Of a DNA stretch of 64,000 nt, positions 56,510 to 64,000 are shown in pieces. Every line of letters begins with the position of its first letter. Position 1 is the first letter of the stretch. This DNA comes from a virus: the IMG/VR virus record IMGVR_UViG_3300038696_000205, positions 32,001 through 96,000 of that record. One strand, given 5' to 3'. Both the position numbers and the translations under genes were made by a program. The notes below the pieces were generated by a model. That model was given only the letters and a program-made list of their open reading frames with translations, had not been told where the DNA came from and ran no database searches.

Positions 56510-59101
56510 TTAGTAGTTATTAGAATCCTTATTAGGTGCGTAAACACTTAATAATCTTAATCTTTCATCCAATATTGCCTCACTAGCTGGGTAGTAATTA
56601 TCACCTCTATTTAAACACTTGGGCATGTTAGCCATTTGCTCCTTAATTCTACGTCTAATTTGTATAAAATCATCATCCTGACCAGGACCAAAAGGTTTAT
56701 TAAGATTAGTACCATCAAAATAAAGAACCATGGCATCTTCACCCATTTCATTTTCAAAGACAATCGTAGTCTTTTTGGATAAAGCTTCTGGTGAACGTAA
56801 TACCTTGAATGGACCTGGTAATGTAGTTTTACCTAGTGTCTCGGAAAACTTAACTACACCTATATTAGCAAAACCCATTGCAGCCAGAGCATACTTTGCG
56901 GATAGATTATCTCTCTTTAGACCATTTCTACCGCCACCACCTTGACCGAATAGACCCCAAGCGAAGGGTGCATAACCTTTTTCAATCATAGCCATCATAA
57001 TATCCCACATATTTTTATGTGTCATACCATCACCCTCTATGAACCTTAAGGTGGTCCCAAAATACCATGTTTTCCCATCAATTATTTCAGTGGTACAAAG
57101 GTTGTTTTTAATGGCCAACTCAATAGTCCATAATACTTGTTCAAGCGCATCACCAGAATTACCACAAACCATAGTAGACCTATTACGTTTAACCATAATC
57201 TTACCAGATGGTACTTGGACACAATACACCTTTCCCACATAATTTATATTATTCTTTTTAATTGATTGACCACCGATTAAATTATTTCTAGTTATGTGTA
57301 ATGTCCAAACATTATTAAATTTATCACTTCTAGTATCCTCATATTCTGAAATCAAACAACCATACCCACAAGATAATACAATTAATTCAACAATATACAC
57401 TATTTCTTTATTAGTTGTGTCAAATTTAATTTTATTTTCGTTTCTAACACAAGAGTCCCAATTACTTAATTCATCGATAAATTGTTTACACCAAGTTAAT
57501 GATAAAGACGTTAAATCTACCCATTCAAAATTTTTAGTTACGTTTATACTTATATCTAACCATATATAAATGGTGTAATTATTTGGTCGTTTAGGTTCAA
57601 TTTTTTCAGAATATTCAAATCCACCATTTTCGCAAATTTCTATAAGTTTATCTCTTTTTCTTTTTTTAGTGAAATTAAACCTATATACTTTTTTACCGCT
57701 AATTAACCCTTCATTCACTCTTTCATGTTTTGATGTAAATGACCCATCAGCTTGAAATGCAATTAAAAATCTTTCAAAATTAGTTAATCTTTTATTGGTT
57801 TCCTTAACTTTTGCACTTCTAACCATATATTTACCATGATAACCAATATTTCCAACTTCTTTAGCGTATTGTGATAAAAATTTATTATTTTTCTTATAAA
57901 TCATTTTATGTTCTGGAGTCACTAATAAATCCACTTTTCCTTTATTCCCACTAAAATGACACATTTCTCCATTATAATCATAAATTTGTTTTTTTAATGG
58001 TTGAATAAATTCATAGGAACCATCATCTAAAACTTGTGCAACTAATGTTTCATCTGTTAAATCCTTAAATAAAACCCATCCATCATTACTTAAAATAAGT
58101 GTATCATCAGAATAACAATCTGGTCTGCCAACAACTATCTTATCGTTCTTAAGAGTTTCACTTAACTTTGCAAGCGGTAATAACATTTGTTCGACCGCAA
58201 CGAAATAGTCGTTACAATCGGCAACCATCGAAATAAAAGAACCATCCGTACATGAGTTATAAATAGCCTCATAACAATCATTCTCAAATTCATAACCTTG
58301 GACATTTCTATGTGCTAATGCATTAACTGAATTACCGACTGGTTGCTCGCTAGCATTTTTCCAGGCTTGGTAGGCTCCAGAGCACGTATCGGTTCCAGGG
58401 AATGTATATAGTTGGGCCATACTCAACACTTCGGATTCCTCGGCTGTAATGCCAGCTCTATCACCGAAATCGGTTAACATAATAGATGCTAGGAATATTG
58501 CTTTTTCTTCTTCAATATTTGGATATACCATTCGAACCATTGATTTTAGTTTAAGCATCCAATGTTCGTTCTGGGTTATTTTTTCGGATACGGCCCAAGT
58601 TTGAAGTAATTTGGATTCAAACCAAGCAGCAAGAACCCCCATACCATCGATATCGCACACGATTTGCATATTGGGTTCGTTAGGATAACAAACGGAACCT
58701 TCTGGTAACGCCTTTATCTTGATTGGTGGTCTACCGTTGAATTCGTCAACAACTCTTCGCCATATTTCTTCTGGGAATTCATATTCGGATAGACCACGAG
58801 GTCCAACTTTAAATGTTTTTAAGAATTCCTTGGCCTCATCAATTTCTTCATGGGTAATTGGTTCGAAGAATAATTTTTCAAGTATAATCTGTAACCCACC
58901 GAATATAATTCTATTATCATCGGCAGTGTAAATTGTTGGGTCAATCGTTATTAATTGTTTTCTAAAAACATTATAATATGTAGATTTTTGCTTAACTAAA
59001 TCACTCTCGAATTTATTAGACCCCACCGTATAGGCATCGGCCATTAACAATCTGGGCGTTTTATGAATTTTATTCTTGGGTAATATTAACTCTTTTTCCA
59101 T
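56510..59101 (-). CDS. Nicotinamide phosphoribosyltransferase-family enzyme (Nampt/Namat-like) with intein
   Basis: ADAYT, DFGDRA, GTDT, AHRNV, SMVAD, RPD|SGD, GDGM, FGQGGG and DNLSAKYA. Confidence 0.88.
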   Translation of the reverse strand: MEKELILPKNKIHKTPRLLMADAYTVGSNKFESDLVKQKSTYYNVFRKQLITIDPTIYTADDNRIIFGGLQIILEKLFFEPITHEEIDEAKEFLKTFKVGPRGLSEYEFPEEIWRRVVDEFNGRPPIKIKALPEGSVCYPNEPNMQIVCDIDGMGVLAAWFESKLLQTWAVSEKITQNEHWMLKLKSMVRMVYPNIEEEKAIFLASIMLTDFGDRAGITAEESEVLSMAQLYTFPGTDTCSGAYQAWKNASEQPVGNSVNALAHRNVQGYEFENDCYEAIYNSCTDGSFISMVADCNDYFVAVEQMLLPLAKLSETLKNDKIVVGRPDCYSDDTLILSNDGWVLFKDLTDETLVAQVLDDGSYEFIQPLKKQIYDYNGEMCHFSGNKGKVDLLVTPEHKMIYKKNNKFLSQYAKEVGNIGYHGKYMVRSAKVKETNKRLTNFERFLIAFQADGSFTSKHERVNEGLISGKKVYRFNFTKKRKRDKLIEICENGGFEYSEKIEPKRPNNYTIYIWLDISINVTKNFEWVDLTSLSLTWCKQFIDELSNWDSCVRNENKIKFDTTNKEIVYIVELIVLSCGYGCLISEYEDTRSDKFNNVWTLHITRNNLIGGQSIKKNNINYVGKVYCVQVPSGKIMVKRNRSTMVCGNSGDALEQVLWTIELAIKNNLCTTEIIDGKTWYFGTTLRFIEGDGMTHKNMWDIMMAMIEKGYAPFAWGLFGQGGGGRNGLKRDNLSAKYALAAMGFANIGVVKFSETLGKTTLPGPFKVLRSPEALSKKTTIVFENEMGEDAMVLYFDGTNLNKPFGPGQDDDFIQIRRRIKEQMANMPKCLNRGDNYYPASEAILDERLRLLSVYAPNKDSNNY
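57158..58117 (-). mobile_element. Intein (320 aa) inserted in the RPD/SG motif
   Basis: Starts CYSDDTLILSNDGW; ends VYCVQVPSG...VCGN before Ser; FQADGSF and LSNWDS endonuclease-like blocks. Confidence 0.9.
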
Positions 59102-59123
59102 ACTCTTATATTTAAAATTTATA

Positions 59124-60110
59124 CTATGCTTCACTACCTTCCGCAATTAACTTTGACCTTAATATTTTAATATCAAGAGTAGTATCGGTAATCTTTTTTA
59201 TTAACTCTTGCATAAGTTCAACATGTTCTTCCATAATCCTATACTTGATTTGGCTTTCGGTCGCAAATTCAGTTATACTTACCCACTTAAGTTCGGCTAT
59301 ATCATCGGATGCTTTTGCCAATCCCCAACTACGTGGTGCAATGAACAAGGTTGTCATAATACCAGATTCTTCTTTTCTATAACGCCAATCGTCAATTTGT
59401 TTGGAGGTAACATATGTTAATGGCCCCATTTCGAAATTACCACCAGTTTCTTCCATGAATTCACGTCTAGCAGCAGTTTCGTATGAGGAATCATTTCTAT
59501 CAACGAACCCACCAATAAACCTTAAATTTTTCTCACTTGCTTTCCTGGCCAATAACAATTCGGCATCTTCATTATATACCACTATATCAACTGTGGGATA
59601 TGTAACCGCCCTTTGCGCATAGTTTGCGTGTATGACACCAGCTCTAAAATCTCTTGACTCACGTATTTCTTTTGAAATCTCATTCCTAATCTGCGTACCA
59701 CTAACTGGTCCATTGGAGATTAGTTCCGTAGTTGCGTGTCTGCCGTGGTAATGTGGTATAAAAGAATCCCTACTACCATATAACAATGCGGAAGCTTCAC
59801 CAAACACCATATTAATCTGTGAATCCAAACTGTTACTCCAAGTAATGTCGCATCTATTATCCTTTTGTGGTAATACTATGGCATTGGGAACATATTCTTG
59901 AATCATCGCTTTTCTAGTTGCAAAATCAAGTGGATTTATCTTAGTGTTTGGAGTATTGGATACCCCAAGGAAAATCAATATTTTTCTATGGTGTTTAGCA
60001 ACCATATCAATTAACCCTTTATGGGCATCATGTAATTCATCAACTTGGAAACGGGCCACAAGTACACCGCAAGTGTAATCCTGAGGGTCAATTATTGTTC
60101 TTATATTCAT
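59124..60110 (-). CDS. Bifunctional NMN adenylyltransferase-Nudix hydrolase (NadM-Nudix type)
   Basis: RFQVDELHDAH (HxGH-like), NPLDFATR and SGTQIR; Nudix box GGFVD...AARREFMEETG. Confidence 0.9.
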   Translation of the reverse strand: MNIRTIIDPQDYTCGVLVARFQVDELHDAHKGLIDMVAKHHRKILIFLGVSNTPNTKINPLDFATRKAMIQEYVPNAIVLPQKDNRCDITWSNSLDSQINMVFGEASALLYGSRDSFIPHYHGRHATTELISNGPVSGTQIRNEISKEIRESRDFRAGVIHANYAQRAVTYPTVDIVVYNEDAELLLARKASEKNLRFIGGFVDRNDSSYETAARREFMEETGGNFEMGPLTYVTSKQIDDWRYRKEESGIMTTLFIAPRSWGLAKASDDIAELKWVSITEFATESQIKYRIMEEHVELMQELIKKITDTTLDIKILRSKLIAEGSEA

Positions 60111-60175
60111 AGTATATTTATTTAATGCAAATGTAGTGAATTTATTTAACATCTGCAAATAAAAAAAGGGTAATT

Positions 60176-60730
60176 TTATTTACCCTTTAGTTTATCCCTT
60201 AATTTTTGAAGTTCTGGGTTATCCCCTAAACTATGTGTTGCACCTATTTTCTTTACGGTTGGACTTTTGGATGGCCTTTCTTTTTTAGGTATAAATGGAT
60301 TGTCACCCTTAAGTAACCAGGTAATGTGTTTATCACCAACCAATACTTTGTTTATAACCCAATCCTGAAATAAATGATATGTCGGTAACGCCATAAACGT
60401 GGTTGTATTAGTCCCTTGTACCGCTAGCTTTCTATCACCGAACAAACTTTTAATAGGTGTTTCAACCTCAACATCTTGGTCCATCATATTGTGTAGGAAT
60501 TTAAAAAAATTCTCTTTATATTCTTCACTATGCATTCCACTGATTACCTCGTCTATAGAGATTAATTGCTGGTTTGTAATGGCGCATTTAAAGTCACCCT
60601 TTGGAGGTAGGAATACTTTACCCACAGTATTAACTGGCAAATATGATTTAACCAAATGGCTTATGAACCCACGGGTTTTCTTATTAGCTAAAAGGTCATC
60701 GAATTTCTTAATTATTTCTTTTGGTTCCAT
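60176..60730 (-). CDS. Hypothetical protein
   Basis: ORF of 184 aa. Confidence 0.65.
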   Translation of the reverse strand: MEPKEIIKKFDDLLANKKTRGFISHLVKSYLPVNTVGKVFLPPKGDFKCAITNQQLISIDEVISGMHSEEYKENFFKFLHNMMDQDVEVETPIKSLFGDRKLAVQGTNTTTFMALPTYHLFQDWVINKVLVGDKHITWLLKGDNPFIPKKERPSKSPTVKKIGATHSLGDNPELQKLRDKLKGK

Positions 60731-60734
60731 AAAT

Positions 60735-61124
60735 TTATGCTTTTAATATTTCTTTAGTTAATTCAGATGCCATTTTACCATCATACTCACCAGCGTAATT
60801 TTCTCTTAAATATTTCATGATAGAACCCATATTTTTATTTATTCCATCGATAATACCAGTTGTTATTACGGTTTCCAATTCATCACTTGTCATTTGCCTT
60901 GGGACATATTTATTGAGTATGTCCAACTCTAATGAATTAAGGGAATTTGTTTCTAACGAATTTTTAATCATCGCCTTAAACTTCCCAACGATATATGCAT
61001 CGTCTGGTGTCTTGGTTTCTTTGGTGACCTCGGACTTTAAAAAGCCTAGATAATTTTTGGTTTCCATATCCCTATTTTTATAAGCGGACATGAAGTCTTT
61101 ATTAATTTTCTCTAATAATTCCAT
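60735..61124 (-). CDS. GatB/YqeY-domain protein
   Basis: DFMSAYKNRD, YVPRQMTSDEL, NMGSIM and YDGK. Confidence 0.85.
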   Translation of the reverse strand: MELLEKINKDFMSAYKNRDMETKNYLGFLKSEVTKETKTPDDAYIVGKFKAMIKNSLETNSLNSLELDILNKYVPRQMTSDELETVITTGIIDGINKNMGSIMKYLRENYAGEYDGKMASELTKEILKA

Positions 61125-61568
61125 TTATTTTAATTTTAAGTAATAATGATACCCGATATTGTTTTCCATTGTATAATATACCCACTTAACCTCACCTCTT
61201 TGAATCTTATCACCCATTTCAATAAATTTAACAGATTTGGAATTAGTACTTATTTTAATATATTTTGTACTATCAACAATTCTGTGTTTATTTGGTTTAG
61301 CCTTTACAACAGTTAAATTATCAACTGGTGACTTAACTGGCATCTCCACAACTTTTTTAGGTGTGCTTCTTTTCCTACTTAAAGAGGCCGTTACCTTTTT
61401 TTTAGGTGCAACCTTTGTTGTCTTTTTAGTCGGAGGACTTGGTTTAGGTTTCTGTTTGACCACTTTGGTAGTGACCGTTTTACTCTGGTTAACCTTCTTA
61501 GGGGCTTTTTTTAAAGTGGGCTTTATTGCCTCACTCATTTTTTTTGTTTTAGTTACTCTCTTCGCCAT
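61125..61568 (-). CDS. Lys/Pro-rich basic protein
   Basis: Histone-H1-like low-complexity N-terminal region. Confidence 0.6.
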   Translation of the reverse strand: MAKRVTKTKKMSEAIKPTLKKAPKKVNQSKTVTTKVVKQKPKPSPPTKKTTKVAPKKKVTASLSRKRSTPKKVVEMPVKSPVDNLTVVKAKPNKHRIVDSTKYIKISTNSKSVKFIEMGDKIQRGEVKWVYYTMENNIGYHYYLKLK

Positions 61569-61663
61569 AGTTAATATTCTATGACTAATAGTAGTAATTT
61601 ATTATGAAAAGTAAAGTTTAATAGTATACACCATCTAAATAATCACTTCTACACCCCATATAT

Positions 61664-61960
61664 TTATTTTTTAATTAAATTTTCAAGTTCCGAACAAGTC
61701 GATGTGCTATTGTATAAATTGATTAAAAGTTCTAATTTCATTTGGTCATCTAACGATTCGACCACAATCTCATCAAATTCTTTTATAGAAATACTATCGA
61801 AGGCTCTCCTTAACGCTGACCATTCGTAGGGTTCGCAAGTTCTAATATAATTTAAAGTGTCGCTGAACTCATCCCTATCATCTTCATAAAATGGGTGGCT
61901 TTTTATCTTATTAACTAATATCTCAAAATCTTTTTGAGTTATATTTGTTTTATAATTCAA
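61664..61960 (-). CDS. Hypothetical protein
   Basis: ORF of 98 aa. Confidence 0.55.
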   Translation of the reverse strand: MNYKTNITQKDFEILVNKIKSHPFYEDDRDEFSDTLNYIRTCEPYEWSALRRAFDSISIKEFDEIVVESLDDQMKLELLINLYNSTSTCSELENLIKK

Positions 61961-62069
61961 CGTTACCGATAATGAATTAAGTACTGTTACTAAGGGGGGT
62001 GTTTTCTTTAGCCATAATTTTTTTTATATTAACAAATATAGTAAAAATTTGTTTAACAAACCAAATAAT

Positions 62070-62840
62070 TTAGTATATTTTTTTATTTTTAATTGATAAA
62101 TTTCTAAAACATGTTACTATTCCCACCGTTAAGGCCACGAATAAGATGTAAATTCCACTAATGCCGTTGGGGTCGTTTAATACTATCTCTAGGTTATATA
62201 TCCCGTGTAAAATGCTGGATATGATTAAACCACACACAATAAAAAATGTAAATTTTACCCTTGGAAATCTTTCAACGAACCACCCGAATAAGGATTTTGG
62301 CCTTATATTTACGATTTTTGCCTTAGCTATAAAGTAACCCATGTAAAGACCAAAGAACAGATGTGCAACTACGGCACTTATTGACCTCCACCCTAGTGTT
62401 ACAAATGGTGATTCGGACCTAATGGCGTGGAATATATTTTCAACAGAAGCGAACCCAAGTGATACCATACCCATATAAACCATAAGTGCTATTGGTGATT
62501 CACCTTTAATTTTAAAATTAAATTTAAGATAATAATAAATTAGAATAAAAGCCAATAATTTAAAAAACTCTTCTATAAAGCCTACCTGAATAAAATATTT
62601 AATATGTAAGTGTAGGGTTTCATCCAACACTGGATTAACATATGATGCCGCCAGTATTCCCCATTGTAGGAATAAGTCAAAGAAGGTAAATAAAGGGCCG
62701 ACCGAAAGGGTTCCAAAAAGCAAATAAACTAAAGCAATATTTAACTTAAAAGATTTAAAAGGTAAATTGATGAACAATATCGAACAATAAAATAGTGCTG
62801 GCAATATTGAAAAAATGATTATTAATATTTTTTGTTCCAT
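62070..62840 (-). CDS. PrsW-family intramembrane metalloprotease
   Basis: GFIEEFFK (EExxK), GFASVEN (FxxxE), AHLFF and LHGIYN. Confidence 0.85.
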   Translation of the reverse strand: MEQKILIIIFSILPALFYCSILFINLPFKSFKLNIALVYLLFGTLSVGPLFTFFDLFLQWGILAASYVNPVLDETLHLHIKYFIQVGFIEEFFKLLAFILIYYYLKFNFKIKGESPIALMVYMGMVSLGFASVENIFHAIRSESPFVTLGWRSISAVVAHLFFGLYMGYFIAKAKIVNIRPKSLFGWFVERFPRVKFTFFIVCGLIISSILHGIYNLEIVLNDPNGISGIYILFVALTVGIVTCFRNLSIKNKKIY

Positions 62841-62857
62841 ATCGGTTACTTGATAAT

Positions 62858-63097
62858 TTATTCGTCACTAGTCACATCTATCACTTCAACTCCCCAATCA
62901 ACAGAATCTAGCTCACCAACATTTTTACAAAGCCAACCGTATGCTAGGGGATACTTGGATGTGTCGTTTAATTTTCTAGAGTCAGAATCAATTTCAGCGG
63001 ACACTAATTCATTATAAACATCTTCTGGTATTTCTAAATCTTTTAAATCAACCTCATACGTTACCTTGACACTTAGATTATTAACTTTTTTTAACAT
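62858..63097 (-). CDS. Hypothetical protein
   Basis: ORF of 79 aa. Confidence 0.55.
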   Translation of the reverse strand: MLKKVNNLSVKVTYEVDLKDLEIPEDVYNELVSAEIDSDSRKLNDTSKYPLAYGWLCKNVGELDSVDWGVEVIDVTSDE

Positions 63098-63320
63098 GTT
63101 ATCTTATTTAAATTTATAATTCTTTTTTTCACCATTAGCCTTGCTGTAAACTATTTTCTTTGGTGTAATCATTATTGGGTCCTCTAGTGACTGAATATAT
63201 TTTTTACCCTCACCAGCCTTAACGACCCTATTATTTACACAAAAATACACATTTTTTTGGTCGTATGCAACTTTCACACATATTTATTATTATAATGTAA
63301 TACATAAATTTTGTAACACA

Positions 63321-63473
63321 ATGAAAGATAAACACCTAAGTATTCGTATACCATATGAATTATATCAAAAATACGTTAAAGAAACAATAAAAAGAACCAA
63401 TCAAGAAAATAGATTAGTTAAGGTAAGTGAAATAATAAGAGAAATATTAGAAAAAGGTGTTAAAGGTGAATAA
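63321..63473 (+). CDS. Small ribbon-helix-helix-like DNA-binding protein (50 aa)
   Basis: KHLSIRIPYELY...VSEIIREIL pattern; overlaps the next start. Confidence 0.6.
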   Translation: MKDKHLSIRIPYELYQKYVKETIKRTNQENRLVKVSEIIREILEKGVKGE

Positions 63474-64000
63474 AGAATTTAATAAACAATGTCCTAAATG
63501 TGATATTACACTCACATATTCTAGAAAAGACTCTTTAAAAGAATCGATAGATAAAGGTAGACTATGTAAATCATGTTCTAAAAAAGGTAAGCAACCAGCG
63601 TTCTATGTTGATGGAAAGATACCAGAAGATATATTAGTTAAAATTAGTAAAAACTGGTTCATTAAAGGACATAGGCCAGTTAATGCTGACCAAAGAAAGG
63701 GTAAAACAATAGAGGAAATATATGGTACAGAAAAATCAAAAGAAATTAGAGAAAAATATTCGAAATGGGAAAGAACGAGGGAAAGTAATATTAAAAGAAC
63801 AAAAACACTAATTAAACAATGGGAGAACGGTGCCTTTGATAATGTAAATAGAGAAGTGAGTGAAGAAACTAGACGTAAACATAGGTTAAATATGTTTAAA
63901 AGATTAAAAGCCACTGGTAAGAATTTCCACCCAGGTTATAATAGAGATGCGTGTTATTATTTTAATGAATTAATGAAAGAAACCAATACAAATATTCAAC
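63466..64000 (+). CDS. Probable homing endonuclease (NUMOD-like repeats), truncated by the window end
   Basis: GTG start; CPKC...CKSC, KGKTIEEIYG and VSEETRRK DNA-binding-type motifs; open to 64000. Confidence 0.6.
   Translation, partial: MNKEFNKQCPKCDITLTYSRKDSLKESIDKGRLCKSCSKKGKQPAFYVDGKIPEDILVKISKNWFIKGHRPVNADQRKGKTIEEIYGTEKSKEIREKYSKWERTRESNIKRTKTLIKQWENGAFDNVNREVSEETRRKHRLNMFKRLKATGKNFHPGYNRDACYYFNELMKETNTNIQ

Noticed and set aside
915-63914. Numerous 60-130 aa ORFs opposite well-supported genes (e.g. 915-1115, 5302-5541, 30843-31223, 36504-37220, 54545-54862, 61237-61584, 63603-63914)
   Set aside because: They overlap better-supported genes on the other strand and lack promoters or motifs.
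1-64000. Genome-wide stop-codon reassignment (TAG or TGA recoding)
   Set aside because: The longest genes (878 and 891 aa) and the lysozyme are uninterrupted in the standard code, TAG and TAA end many genes at plausible boundaries, and the internal stops include TAA.

Overview
AT-rich, gene-dense 64-kb segment that most likely comes from a large lytic dsDNA phage (probably jumbo-sized) infecting Bacteroidota. This is an inference: no capsid, terminase or polymerase gene lies in the window. The host call rests on about 40 copies of the Bacteroidota housekeeping promoter (TTTG-N20-TAnnTTTG) plus Bacteroidota-type RpoD, SmpB, RmlA/RmlC and DUF3127 homologues. 1.9-33 kb is an early/accessory region of short minus-strand genes, each a promoter-gene-terminator cassette. 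It contains six dispersed, promoter-driven copies of an unrecognised ~65-95 nt structured RNA (the most striking unexplained signal), a separate ~240 nt structured RNA, two origin-like non-coding blocks, two paralogous 20-aa-repeat proteins and an IS200/IS605-family TnpB element. 33-64 kb carries host-takeover and counter-defence genes: a sigma-A-like and an ECF sigma factor, PrsW, SmpB, Thg1, an RNA-repair-type HAD, an SSB-like DUF3127, an NAD salvage set (Prs-like, Nampt-like with intein, NMN adenylyltransferase-Nudix, Sir2), RmlA/RmlC, a PhyH dioxygenase, a GH24 lysozyme, an intein-bearing phosphoesterase and three homing-endonuclease-like genes. Many small genes carry single nonsense or 1-nt indel lesions. 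All family assignments come from motif recognition by eye, not database searches.
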